From a virus (Duplodnaviria > Caudoviricetes), in IMG/VR virus record IMGVR_UViG_3300020043_003222, positions 1 through 37,425 of that record: a stretch of 37,425 bases of DNA, one strand, 5' to 3'. Below the pieces are notes generated by a model. The model worked only from the letters and a program-made list of their open reading frames with translations, had not been told where the DNA came from and did no database searches. Position numbers and translations under genes: made by a program. Of the stretch, positions 8,514 to 18,320 are shown piece by piece. Each line of letters opens with the position of its first letter. Position 1 is the first letter of the stretch.

Positions 8514-9446
8514 ATGGCTACTCCCGAAGAAATCAGAAAGAAACTCGAAACTCAGGCTAGTCAGCGGGTCAACCCACTGCTCAAAGGTTTGTCCATGCTT
8601 ACCGGTGGTATCGCTGGTGAGTTCACCGGGACCAACGAGCAGATCCGCCAGCAAAGAACCGCCAAGCGGGCTTTGATGGAGGAGGATCTTGCGGCGTTGC
8701 AGGAGCAGCGCGTAATGGATCGCATGAAGGCTCAGCGTCAGCTCATGCTTGAGGAAGATCTCAAGCGTTTGGCTTCTGAGCGTGAAGCCAATTTGCTTAC
8801 CGGAACCTCAAGGGCCAAGGGTGCCGCTATGGCTTTGGGTGGAACTGCCAAGGACTTCGTTGGCCCACTTGATGCAGCCACGAGGGCCGGAATGGCTGAA
8901 GCTGAACTTTCTCAAGCACAAACTGAAAACGCGAGAATGCAGGCGTTGAAATCTCGCGCTCCTGAAATGTCGGGGTATCTCGCCCAGCGGGGACTCAAGC
9001 TTGGTGAGCCTGACGTTGAAACGCTCGCGTTCATGGAAGCTCAGGAGAAAACCAAGGAAGCTGCCCAGAAGGAAGCTGATCGAAAGAGGCAGGGATACAT
9101 GCAGTTCAATCTTCCTGGCGTTGGGACAATCGGTGGAAGCCCTGAGCAAATCAAAGAAATCAGCAAGATGTATCCTCAACTGAAGGATTATCTTGATAAT
9201 GCTGGAACCGACAATTCTCCGTTCTCAAGCCGTTTGTCGTTTGATCCTGTGACTGAAACGTACAAGCCAGTCATCACATTCAAGCCGGGTATTCCGATTG
9301 AAAAACAGGTTGAAATAACCAAGCAATTCCAGTCCTCGTTTGGTGGAGCTGGAGGATTTCCTGCTGAACCCGCTGCTGGAGTCAAAGGTGCTGAACCTAC
9401 TAAGCCTACTGATATCCCCGGTTTTACAATTAAGCGCGTAAGATAA
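8514..9446 (+). CDS. Putative internal virion protein
   Basis: Coiled-coil-rich 310-aa ORF in the ejectosome position. Confidence 0.55.
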   Translation: MATPEEIRKKLETQASQRVNPLLKGLSMLTGGIAGEFTGTNEQIRQQRTAKRALMEEDLAALQEQRVMDRMKAQRQLMLEEDLKRLASEREANLLTGTSRAKGAAMALGGTAKDFVGPLDAATRAGMAEAELSQAQTENARMQALKSRAPEMSGYLAQRGLKLGEPDVETLAFMEAQEKTKEAAQKEADRKRQGYMQFNLPGVGTIGGSPEQIKEISKMYPQLKDYLDNAGTDNSPFSSRLSFDPVTETYKPVITFKPGIPIEKQVEITKQFQSSFGGAGGFPAEPAAGVKGAEPTKPTDIPGFTIKRVR

Positions 9447-9448
9447 TT

Positions 9449-12400
9449 ATGCCTATCTATCAGATCACCAATGATGCCACTGGTGTTACTCTTGAATTAG
9501 AAGGCGACAGGGAGCCAAATCAGGAGGATATCAATAAAGCGTTCTCTTTTGCTGGCAAAGAGAAGTATCCGAACGCTCCAGTTCTTCAGGCTCCTCCTAG
9601 CCTGTACGAGCAGGCCAAGTCTGTGGCTCCTGCGTTCGCTCGCGTAGCCGCTCCGTTCGCGTTCGGTGCGCCGATGCCGCAGGATGTTGCGACTATCGGT
9701 AGAACCATGCAGCAGGTCACTGGAGGTGAGCCAAAGCAGGGAATGCTTGAAGGTGCATCACGCATCGACAAGGAAGGCATCATGGCCCTCTTGTCAGCAT
9801 CTCCTGAGAAGCGTGAGCTTGGAGCATCTCTTGGTGCAAAAGCGGCTGACATTGCGAGAATTGTTACACCCGGTCTTCGTGCTGTTCCAGAGTCGGTAAC
9901 TCGACCGGCAGGAGAAGTGGCAGGCCAAGTTGCCGCCGATCTTCTTTCGCCCATGAACCTGATGACTCTGGGCGTTGCGGGTGCTGCTGGTGAGGCCACC
10001 CGAATTCCAAGATCCGTTGCTGCTGCCACTGAATCGTTTGCTGAAGCCACAGCCCCCTCCGCTGCTCGCGCTGCACAGATTGCGGATCTTACTCGCGCTG
10101 GAGAGGCCGCTCGTGCAACTGAACAGGTTGGCAAAGCCATTCCTGCTGTTCTTGCTCCAGAGGTAACCCGTGGTGCTGCTGAATCTACTGGTATCGCGTT
10201 GCAGACCATCGCTGATCCAGAAGCTACTCCAGAGCAGAAGCTCAAGGCTTCATACGAGGCTGCAATCGGAACTCTCTTCGCAGCCGGTCTAGGCACTCAA
10301 GTGGCCCGTTCGTTCGGTATGCGCGGCAAGGGTGTCACTCAAGCTGATGTGCTTGATAACCTAGCCTCTCGAAAGCAGACGGTTGGGGAAGCCGTTGGCC
10401 AGGTGGGCGGACTCATCGATCAGATGGATCGGATCGTTCCGGTTGGAGATCTCAAGACCCAGTTCCGCGAGTTGATCGCCGGGATGAATCCAGATGAACC
10501 GTTCATCTATCGTCCCGAACCGATTGGAGAAGGACCACGCGCTCAAGTTGAAGGTGGCCGACTTCCTGTTGGTGAGGTTGTTGAAGAGGCTCCTGAAACG
10601 CTCAGGACTCAGGATCAAATCCTTGCTGAACGTCTCCGCGCCCGCGATGAGCGCATTGCTGCCGAGGAACAGAAGGCTCTGGAACGCGAAGCCGCTCGCG
10701 CCGGAACTCCTCTCAGGACCGCAGAAGAAGCCCAAGCTCAACGCTCCGCTGAGCGTCAGGCACTTCGCGAACGTGCTGCTGCTATCCGAGAAGCTATCGG
10801 TCGCCGCGAGTTCACTGCCGAAGATCTGATGCGCGGAGAAGCTGCTCCAGAAGCTCCCATTGCAGAGCCGGTGAGCAGGCCACTCGTCACGCCCGAGCTT
10901 ACGGTAGAACGCGCCGCTCCTCGCGAAGGTGGAATGCTTCCTCCTCGCGAAGCTGAGATTGCTCCTGCGCCGGAAGGAACTGCGCTTCGATCCACCGAAG
11001 ACATCCTTGCTGAACGACTCCGATTGCGCGACGAGCGGATCGCTGCTGAACAGGAAGCTGCCGCTCGCACATCCACCCCGATTGAAACCGTCGAGCAAAA
11101 GCTCAGCCGCGCACTCGCTTCGCGTGACAGGAGACTTGCCGCTGAGGCTGTGTCGGAAACGCTTGAATCTGGTGCCGCTCAAGGAGAACCCACGAGAGTT
11201 ACTCGCAAGAAGGTTGAGCAGGCCATCGGTATTGGTCGTGAAGAAGCTGGCCGACCTGTTGCGGAGCAAACGATCTTCAACGAAGTCTGGAACAAGGCGT
11301 TGGAGGAGACCCAAGGAAAGTTCCGCCAGAAGGCAGAGGGCGTTGCCGAGAAGCTCGAAGGGCTTCGCACCCAAGTTGAACCCGGAGTCGGTGCTAATCC
11401 TTTCCCGCAACTTATGGGAGCGGCTTGGAACGGCGCATTGTCGGTCGCTCAAGCTGTCATCCGAGCCGGTGGAAGCATTGCCGATGGTGTGGCCGCAGGT
11501 CTTCGCTATGCCCAACAGAACTTCAAAGAGAAGTTTGATGAGGCTGAATTCTCCAACGAACTGACCCGGACAATCCAACGCCCATCATCGATTGCTGTTC
11601 CTCCGAAGATGGAGCCTCGCTCATTCGCTGAGCGTGTTGCTGCTGCTCCTAGCGTTCCCCCGGTCATTCGTGAAGCGGTGGCTCAATCGCCTCGGTCTTC
11701 GTATTTCCCGCAGAATGTAGAGCAAGTGGTTGATCAGGCATCAGTGATGACTACTGATCAGCTCAATTCTGATCTTAGAAACTCGAAATCCAACACCCGA
11801 GTTGCATCGGGCATGGAGCTTTTCAATCGGTATTTGAATGAAGGTCGAACTCAAGAAGCGATTGATCTGTCGTTGGATTTGGCAAAGAGCGGAACCACTT
11901 GGGGTCAGCTCATCAACCAGTTCAAACTGCTGAAGTCGGCATCCCGTGAAGGCGTGATTCAGTTGGTCACGAAGTCGATGGATGAGCGCGGTAGAAAGAT
12001 AACGCCTGATCAGGCAATCAAGCTTGGCGATTCAATGGATCAGTATCGAGGCGCGGTTGATGCCGTGAAACGTGCTGAGATCAAGCTCAAGGATGCGGTA
12101 AACAAAAACGACATCAACGGCATCAAGGTCAACTCCGGGTTGCTGGACATGGCCGATGCTCTGAAATCGGAATCTGACGTTGCGTTGAACGAGCAGATCG
12201 CACGGTTGAATCCATCCACAGCCACCGACCTGTTCATCTCGATGGTTCAAGGGGCGGTGATGTCTCCGATTTCCATCGTTAGGAACCTTGTTGGAAACAC
12301 CATCAACATTCCGTTGAGGGAACTTGCTGACGTTACCGCAAGCGGGATCGACATGGCGTTGTCTGGAAACAAGAACAACAGCTACAACATCCGCGCCCGC

Positions 12401-14170
12401 ACACTTGATCGGATCAAGGCATTCGGGAATTCATTGCCTCAAGCTGGAAAGGTGCTGCTCAAAGGAGCTGATGCGATGCCGTATGAACTCGGAACGGACA
12501 TTGGCAATCCTTTGAATTTCCAACGCGCATGGAGAAATCTGTTCGACGCGATGTCTGGAAATTACCCAGATGCTCCCATCGCAAGGAACTTAGTTGAAGC
12601 CACTCTGGGCGCAGTTCCCGATGTGTTTCTTCGGTTGAGCCAAGCGACTGACGTTCCGTTCAAATCTGCTGATCGAGCCAGAATCATCTCCGAACTTGGG
12701 AGGCAGCGCGGATTGAGCGAGGCCCAGATCAAGTTGGCCACTCGTAATCCGAAGCTGATGGAAATCAGCGATGAAGCGAGTGCTGCCGGTCAACGTGGGT
12801 TCACGCCAGATGATCTCGGGTTGATCGAACACGAATCAGCCAAGTCGGTGTTCCAGCAGGAAAACGCTGCGACTCGGTTTGTCGGGAACATCAACCGATT
12901 CATCAAGCAAGAAGCTGGCCCGCTTGGGTACATCCCGTACCGGCTCATTTCGCTGTTCCAGAAGACCCCGATTAACGTGGTCGCGGAAGCGATGCAGTTT
13001 ACGCCCGCTGCTTTGTTTCAGGGTTTCAACTGGAAGAACCTGACCCCCCGTCAGCGAGAGATTGCCGTTGGCAGATTTGTTGTTGGATCGGTGGTTGGCG
13101 GTGCTTACGCATATCTCTATGACAAGGGCGTAATCACCCCGAACCTCGATACTCCCGGCGAGACCAACAAGGCTCGTGAGTTGGCCAAGTCTGGTGGTGT
13201 GATGCCTCCTGGTACTCTTAACGTCAGCGGATTGAGACGCTTGGTTCGCGGAGAAAATCCCGAGTTCAAGCCGGGTGATACCGTCAAAGATCTTTCGGCA
13301 TTGGGAACCAGCGGAGCGATTGGTCTGATGGTGGGAACGGCCAAGCGATTGCAGGAGCGCAGCCCGAATGACGACCCCGATTTCTTGTCGCTTGGAAAGG
13401 GTGCGGCTCTGTCTGGAATCAACTTCGTGATGAATCAGCAGTTCCTCAAAGGAACCAGCGACTTCATCAAGCTCATGTCCGAAGAGTCGGGCAACTCACT
13501 CGACCGGTGGATCAAGAACCTCGCAGTGACCGCTGCTTCCCCAGTGGCTCCTGCGATTCTCGGCGTAATCCGAAGGTCTCAGCGCGAGTATCTTCCTGCG
13601 ATTGGTAACGAAGGGTTCATCAAGGACACCACGAACGAACTCAATCAACGATTCGCTGCTCTTGGCCTGCAAATCCCAGGAACCAAAGATCCGAATGCGA
13701 TGCCCGTGCGCCGCGATCTGTGGGGAGAACCTGTGCGTCAGACTCCCAAGAGTGAAAACCCGTGGGCATACAACCTTCTCAGCGCATCCAAGAGCCGCGA
13801 CATCGATGCCGATCCGCTTAACGCCTCGATCTACTCAACATGGCGCAGGTCCGCTGACAACAAGGCGATTCCTTCCGTTCCGAATCCGAAAATCACCTAC
13901 GGAAACAAGACCTACGAACGCCTTACGCCTGAGCAGTATGACCGGTACACTCAGCTCGTTGGATTCTGGCGCAGAAGCCTTGCGGAACGCGCCTATCTGA
14001 GCGGTGCCTACCAGCAAAATGGCGATGATGCCCGCATCAAGCTGCTCAACCAGGCATACGATAAAGGCGCGGAAATCGGGAAGTATCGCTTCCTCAAGGA
14101 ACTGCGAGAATCCGGCCAAACCCTCACGCCAATCGCCGCCCGCAGAGGCTTTCAACAGCCTTCCGAGTAA
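9449..14170 (+). CDS. Large internal virion (ejection) protein, 1573 aa
   Basis: Very long helical Ala/Glu/Arg-rich ORF ending the structural arm; PVRRDLWGEP motif typical of these proteins. Confidence 0.7.
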   Translation: MPIYQITNDATGVTLELEGDREPNQEDINKAFSFAGKEKYPNAPVLQAPPSLYEQAKSVAPAFARVAAPFAFGAPMPQDVATIGRTMQQVTGGEPKQGMLEGASRIDKEGIMALLSASPEKRELGASLGAKAADIARIVTPGLRAVPESVTRPAGEVAGQVAADLLSPMNLMTLGVAGAAGEATRIPRSVAAATESFAEATAPSAARAAQIADLTRAGEAARATEQVGKAIPAVLAPEVTRGAAESTGIALQTIADPEATPEQKLKASYEAAIGTLFAAGLGTQVARSFGMRGKGVTQADVLDNLASRKQTVGEAVGQVGGLIDQMDRIVPVGDLKTQFRELIAGMNPDEPFIYRPEPIGEGPRAQVEGGRLPVGEVVEEAPETLRTQDQILAERLRARDERIAAEEQKALEREAARAGTPLRTAEEAQAQRSAERQALRERAAAIREAIGRREFTAEDLMRGEAAPEAPIAEPVSRPLVTPELTVERAAPREGGMLPPREAEIAPAPEGTALRSTEDILAERLRLRDERIAAEQEAAARTSTPIETVEQKLSRALASRDRRLAAEAVSETLESGAAQGEPTRVTRKKVEQAIGIGREEAGRPVAEQTIFNEVWNKALEETQGKFRQKAEGVAEKLEGLRTQVEPGVGANPFPQLMGAAWNGALSVAQAVIRAGGSIADGVAAGLRYAQQNFKEKFDEAEFSNELTRTIQRPSSIAVPPKMEPRSFAERVAAAPSVPPVIREAVAQSPRSSYFPQNVEQVVDQASVMTTDQLNSDLRNSKSNTRVASGMELFNRYLNEGRTQEAIDLSLDLAKSGTTWGQLINQFKLLKSASREGVIQLVTKSMDERGRKITPDQAIKLGDSMDQYRGAVDAVKRAEIKLKDAVNKNDINGIKVNSGLLDMADALKSESDVALNEQIARLNPSTATDLFISMVQGAVMSPISIVRNLVGNTINIPLRELADVTASGIDMALSGNKNNSYNIRARTLDRIKAFGNSLPQAGKVLLKGADAMPYELGTDIGNPLNFQRAWRNLFDAMSGNYPDAPIARNLVEATLGAVPDVFLRLSQATDVPFKSADRARIISELGRQRGLSEAQIKLATRNPKLMEISDEASAAGQRGFTPDDLGLIEHESAKSVFQQENAATRFVGNINRFIKQEAGPLGYIPYRLISLFQKTPINVVAEAMQFTPAALFQGFNWKNLTPRQREIAVGRFVVGSVVGGAYAYLYDKGVITPNLDTPGETNKARELAKSGGVMPPGTLNVSGLRRLVRGENPEFKPGDTVKDLSALGTSGAIGLMVGTAKRLQERSPNDDPDFLSLGKGAALSGINFVMNQQFLKGTSDFIKLMSEESGNSLDRWIKNLAVTAASPVAPAILGVIRRSQREYLPAIGNEGFIKDTTNELNQRFAALGLQIPGTKDPNAMPVRRDLWGEPVRQTPKSENPWAYNLLSASKSRDIDADPLNASIYSTWRRSADNKAIPSVPNPKITYGNKTYERLTPEQYDRYTQLVGFWRRSLAERAYLSGAYQQNGDDARIKLLNQAYDKGAEIGKYRFLKELRESGQTLTPIAARRGFQQPSE

Positions 14171-14188
14171 ATCTCTCGAAGATTTCTC

Positions 14189-14216
14189 TCGACAGTTTGC
14201 AACACGCTGCTACATT
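14189..14216 (+). promoter_or_regulatory. Putative sigma70-type promoter for the replication arm
   Basis: TCGACA (14189-14194), 16 bp, extended -10 TGc-TACATT (14208-14216); GTG start 8 nt downstream. Confidence 0.5.
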
Positions 14217-14223
14217 CGCTTGC

Positions 14224-14397
14224 GTGAGCGTAAAACTCTTAACCGTTCGGGAGATCGCTTCGGCTCTCGGGACTCATCCCGAGACCGTGCGTCGCTGGAT
14301 CAGGTCAGGAAAGCTTCCAGCTATGAAAGCGACGAAGCGCACGATCCGTGTCCGCTCCGATGTAATCGAGGAACTCCTCCGACAAAACCCACAATGA
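14224..14397 (+). CDS. Excisionase-like (MerR-type HTH) DNA-binding protein
   Basis: LLTVREIASALGTHPETVRRWIRSGKLPA is a classic Xis/HTH_17 pattern; GTG start chosen over the upstream TTG. Confidence 0.85.
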   Translation: MSVKLLTVREIASALGTHPETVRRWIRSGKLPAMKATKRTIRVRSDVIEELLRQNPQ

Positions 14398-15179
14398 ATG
14401 CAATAGCAACGACAACGCAACCCTCCGACTCCGCTGAGATGTACAGCAAGATCCAAGACCCCATCACCGCCATCGAGAAGATGGGCGAGTGGATCGCTTC
14501 CAGCGGAATGTTGGGATGCACCAAGGTCGAACAGGGAAAGTTAATCGCTTGGCAGTGCGCTGCCGAGAAGAAGACCCCGTTCGATTTCAAGCGCGAGTAC
14601 CACATCATCAATGGTTCTCTGTCCATGCGATCCGATGCCATGCTCGCCGGATACCGTGCCCGTGGTGGCAAGGTTCTCTGGAAGCAGTTCGACTCACGAG
14701 CGGCCATCGCCCTCTGGACCTATGACGGCAACTCCTGCGAGATCTCCTTCTCCACCGAGGATGCCAAGCTTGCTGGCCTACTCCCTGCCAAACCGGGATC
14801 TGGGTGGGCCAAAGATCCTTCCGCCATGCTCCGCGCTCGCTGCATCAGCAAAGCGGTTCGCATGCTCGCTCCTGAAGTAGTCGCCGGGATCTACACCCCG
14901 GAAGAGACCGAGGACTTCCAGCCCGCGATCTCAGAGGTCGCAGCCGCTCCCACCAAGAGCTTCGACATCACGGCCAAACTCGAAGCCCTGTTCGAGGATC
15001 GTGAGGAAGATGTCAACGCCCTGCTCATCAAGGCCGGTCGCATTTCGGATATTCAAACCTTCCGCGATCTCCCTGATGCTTATGCGTCCAAGTACATTGC
15101 CAAGCCCGACCTGATCCTCTCCAAGCTGCCGGTCATCGTCAGCCCCGAGGTCATCGCCACGGAGGTGTCCAATGGCTGA
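14394..15179 (+). CDS. RecT-like single-strand annealing protein
   Basis: W..DPSAMLRARCISKAVRMLAPEVVAGIYTPEE motif; adjacent to an exonuclease; ATGA coupling at 14394. Confidence 0.65.
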   Translation: MNAIATTTQPSDSAEMYSKIQDPITAIEKMGEWIASSGMLGCTKVEQGKLIAWQCAAEKKTPFDFKREYHIINGSLSMRSDAMLAGYRARGGKVLWKQFDSRAAIALWTYDGNSCEISFSTEDAKLAGLLPAKPGSGWAKDPSAMLRARCISKAVRMLAPEVVAGIYTPEETEDFQPAISEVAAAPTKSFDITAKLEALFEDREEDVNALLIKAGRISDIQTFRDLPDAYASKYIAKPDLILSKLPVIVSPEVIATEVSNG

Positions 15180-15948
15180 TACCATCTGCAACATGGCGGC
15201 GGAGATTTACCACTCCACCAAGGCTCTCTCGAAGAGCGGTCTCGATCAGTTCCGCAAATCGCCCGCGCACTTCCGCTCATGGCAGGATGGACAGACTCGC
15301 TTAGAGTCTAGCCCAGCCCTCGAATTCGGAACTGCTGCCCACTGCGCTGTGCTTGAGCCAGAACTCTTCATTGCGAAGTACACGGTGTTCAACGGAGATC
15401 GACGCACCAAGGAAGGCAAAGCCGCTTGGCAAGCCATCCTAGACTCAGGAAAGACACCTCTGGCCCAAGAGCAGTGGGACAACATCACCGGAGTAGCCGC
15501 TGCGGTTCACGCTCATCCTGCTGCTGCTGGCCTACTCAATGGCATCAAGCCCGAGGTCTCTTGCTTCGACAAATGGCTGGGCGTAGATGTCAAAGCTCGC
15601 ATCGATGGTCTGGGCAAGGACTACATCATCGATCTCAAGACCACTCAGGATGCGTCTCCAAACGCATTCGCGAAGTCGGTCGCTCAGTTCCGATACCACG
15701 TTCAAGCCGCTTGGTATCAGCGCATCACCGGCATCAACCGGTTCGTGTTCATCGCAGTCGAGAAGGAGGCACCCTACGGTGTTGCTTGCTACGAACTCGA
15801 TCAGTTGGCCATCGATGTTGGATATTCAATCATCGAGGAACAGCTCCGCACCTTCGTCGAATGCCAACAGCTTAACTCTTGGCCTTGTTACTCCTCCCAG
15901 ATCCAATCCCTTTCGCTGCCCGTGTGGGCGGCGCGTCAGTCCGAATAA
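15172..15948 (+). CDS. PD-(D/E)XK exonuclease, RecE/exonuclease VIII C-terminal-like
   Basis: LSKSGL, FGTAAHCAVLEP, KARIDGL...IIDLKTT, YHVQAAWY, FVFIAVEKEAPY. Confidence 0.88.
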   Translation: MADTICNMAAEIYHSTKALSKSGLDQFRKSPAHFRSWQDGQTRLESSPALEFGTAAHCAVLEPELFIAKYTVFNGDRRTKEGKAAWQAILDSGKTPLAQEQWDNITGVAAAVHAHPAAAGLLNGIKPEVSCFDKWLGVDVKARIDGLGKDYIIDLKTTQDASPNAFAKSVAQFRYHVQAAWYQRITGINRFVFIAVEKEAPYGVACYELDQLAIDVGYSIIEEQLRTFVECQQLNSWPCYSSQIQSLSLPVWAARQSE

Positions 15949-15975
15949 CAACAACAACGACACATACCTACTAAC

Positions 15976-16395
15976 ATGACATTCAAAGTTGATCGCTCAG
16001 CAGCAGAAGTGAAGCCGTTCGCCGCTCCCGGCGAATACACCGTGGTGGTCCAATCCTGCAAGGATGACGGCCTCGACAAGAACGGGAACTCAGTCGCCAC
16101 GCTCCGATACAAGGGTCCTGGTGGCGAGGTCATCAGCGACCGGTTCATCCTCAAGGAGACCATGATGTGGCGCGTCCAAGCACTGATCTCCGCGACCGAA
16201 GCCAACATCGATGATGGGGCCGAGTTCGATTTTAGCGTCAACGGAGCCTTCTTCCGATTCCTGCAAGGCTTCGTTGGACTCTCGCTCGTGGTGGTTCTCG
16301 AAGAGGAGAAGTACACCGATAAGAACGGTGCCGAGCAGACTACGCTCCGGGTTCGCCGCATGAAGAAGGTGCCGTCTGACAACGATACCATCTAA
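15976..16395 (+). CDS. DUF669-like putative ssDNA-binding protein
   Basis: PGEYTVVV start, OB-like beta pattern, follows the recombination genes. Confidence 0.6.
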   Translation: MTFKVDRSAAEVKPFAAPGEYTVVVQSCKDDGLDKNGNSVATLRYKGPGGEVISDRFILKETMMWRVQALISATEANIDDGAEFDFSVNGAFFRFLQGFVGLSLVVVLEEEKYTDKNGAEQTTLRVRRMKKVPSDNDTI

Positions 16396-16400
16396 CCCCT

Positions 16401-16437
16401 AAAACAAAGCCCCCCGGAGTGTGCAGCCTCCGGGGGG
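16401..16437 (-). terminator. Perfect 10-bp GC hairpin with the T-tract on the minus strand
   Basis: CCCCCCGGAG (16410-16419) / CTCCGGGGGG (16428-16437), preceded on + by AAAACAAAG. Confidence 0.45.
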
Positions 16438-16479
16438 TGAATGAGTCCAAAACAAACAACATAGACGCAACGACACGCT

Positions 16480-17601
16480 ATGCAGATCCAAGATCATATC
16501 GAAACGCCAACGAAGCAAGCTTTTCTACTCCGACCTTATCAGCAACGCGCTGTCGAGTGGGCCAAGACCTGTGATGGCCTGATCATTGCGCCCGCCGGTT
16601 GTGGGAAGACAGTGATCGCTTCTCACATCATCAGGTACCTTCACGAACATCAGACCATAGGGAGATTCGGATGGCTCGCTCCTACCCGCGAGACCTGTGA
16701 TCAAGCCCGCGCATCATTGCAGGCCGTCGGAGTACCTGACGATGTTGTGGAGATCCGTTGCCCTCACGAATCCGTGGACTTCAGTCAAAAGGATGTACTG
16801 ATCGTGGATGAGGCAAAGCATAGCCCTGCGGTTACATGGAGCAGGATCATCGAGTCATGCAGTGGGTATCGCTACGGTTTCGATGCGACCCCTTGGTGCG
16901 ATGATCCAGAGCGCAACGCCATCCTTCGCAACCTCTTTCGCAACAACCAGTACGAGATCAAGCGCGAGGAACTAGCCAATGTTCTGGCCCATGCCAACGT
17001 CTACATCAGCACTGCCAGCGATGTCGGAATCCAGCAGAGGATCGATGACCAGATCGAGAGGCTCTTCGCTGATCGCAAACGCTACATGCGTATCCGCCAC
17101 CAGGAGCTTCGAGCCATGTGCGCTTGGGAAGCAGTCACCGACATCGGCATCTGCCAGAACAATGCTCGCAATAACGCAGCCGTGATGTTCGCAGCGTCCG
17201 GTGGCCCGAAGCACCCGACACTGGTTCTGGTTCCTCGTGTGACCCTCGGAGAGTATTATGCGATGTACATCAATGGATCGGTACTGGTCCATTCCAAGCT
17301 ATCGAAGAAGATTCGTCGCTCTATGATGGAGGAGTTCCGAGCTGGCAACATCAGCGTGATGATCGCCACCTCTCTGGCCGATGAGGGGTTGGATCTCCCC
17401 AACGTCCACACGCTGGTCATGGTCTCTGGTGGCAGGAGCGCACAGAAAACCATCCAGCGAGCCAGCCGTGCGCTGCGGCGGTGCGAAGGCAAGGACACCG
17501 CCATCATCTGCGACTTCAAGGATGCATTCCACCCTCTTGCGGAGGCCCATGCGAAGAAGCGGATCAAATGTTACAAGGAACTCGGATGCTCGATCCAATG
17601 A
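16480..17601 (+). CDS. Superfamily 2 helicase
   Basis: LRPYQ, APAGCGKT, IVDEAKH, GFDATP, ATSLADEGLDLP, QRASRALR. Confidence 0.9.
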   Translation: MQIQDHIETPTKQAFLLRPYQQRAVEWAKTCDGLIIAPAGCGKTVIASHIIRYLHEHQTIGRFGWLAPTRETCDQARASLQAVGVPDDVVEIRCPHESVDFSQKDVLIVDEAKHSPAVTWSRIIESCSGYRYGFDATPWCDDPERNAILRNLFRNNQYEIKREELANVLAHANVYISTASDVGIQQRIDDQIERLFADRKRYMRIRHQELRAMCAWEAVTDIGICQNNARNNAAVMFAASGGPKHPTLVLVPRVTLGEYYAMYINGSVLVHSKLSKKIRRSMMEEFRAGNISVMIATSLADEGLDLPNVHTLVMVSGGRSAQKTIQRASRALRRCEGKDTAIICDFKDAFHPLAEAHAKKRIKCYKELGCSIQ

Positions 17602-17738
17602 ACACCGTCATCACCATCGTGTGCATGGCTGTGCTGATGCCCCTGTGCGTAATCGCAGGGATCTATGTAGGCCACTCTCTCACCATCAAATCACAGAACA
17701 CCAAAACCAATGAGCAACAAAACAATCGTAGCCTGTGA
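17598..17738 (+). CDS. Small single-TM protein
   Basis: ATGA coupling; MNTVITIVCMAVLMPLCVIAGIYVG hydrophobic segment. Confidence 0.55.
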   Translation: MNTVITIVCMAVLMPLCVIAGIYVGHSLTIKSQNTKTNEQQNNRSL

Positions 17739-18168
17739 CCCAGGTGTGAACGGAGGGTTCGCGGTCCATACCGTGAACGGAATCCTCCTGTTCCCAATGC
17801 CGGAATCACTGCCGGACATGGCGCAACTACTAAGCGGATTCAAATTAGCAGATTCGCACCTGTGGATCGAAAAGGTCCCGAAGTTCGTGAGCAAGCTGAC
17901 CCCGGCAGCATCGGTCGCCACGCTCCATGAGAACTACGGCATCATCCAAGGACTGGCCTACTCTCTAGGCTACGCACTGCACCGAGTCGAACCCAAGGTG
18001 TGGCAGGACCCACTCGGACTCGGTGGCCGGAAGGCATGCGCCACCGGACCCGAATGGAAGCGCAAGCTCAAGGCCAAGGCACAGGAGCTGTACCCGCACC
18101 TCGATGTGAGCCTGAAGAACTGCGATGCCCTGCTGGTGCTTCACTACGCACTCGGAGGTGGGCGATGA
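17710..18168 (+). CDS. RuvC-like Holliday junction resolvase
   Basis: IVACDPG..GG, WIEKV, VEPKVWQ, CDALL acidic catalytic pattern. Confidence 0.8.
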   Translation: MSNKTIVACDPGVNGGFAVHTVNGILLFPMPESLPDMAQLLSGFKLADSHLWIEKVPKFVSKLTPAASVATLHENYGIIQGLAYSLGYALHRVEPKVWQDPLGLGGRKACATGPEWKRKLKAKAQELYPHLDVSLKNCDALLVLHYALGGGR

Positions 18169-18320
18169 GCGAAAACGTGAAGAAGATCTCAAACGCTGGA
18201 ACCGGCGTGATGGTAATGAGCCGCAAGGAAGCTGGAGAAGCGCACAAAGCGGCCAAGCGAGTGATGGCCTACGAAGTCAGTTACTGGACCAAGAACCGGA
18301 AGAAGAAGGAGGCGAAATGA
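18165..18320 (+). CDS. Small basic hypothetical protein
   Basis: GGAGG SD with ATGA overlap. Confidence 0.6.
   Translation: MSENVKKISNAGTGVMVMSRKEAGEAHKAAKRVMAYEVSYWTKNRKKKEAK

Noticed and set aside
10361-11578. 405-aa antisense ORF opposite the large internal protein
   Set aside because: S/F/L-rich mirror of E/R/A codons; no promoter or operon context
14004-14393. N-terminal extension of the RecT-like ORF in the track
   Set aside because: It overlaps the large internal protein and the Xis-like gene; the ATGA-coupled start at 14394 is more plausible
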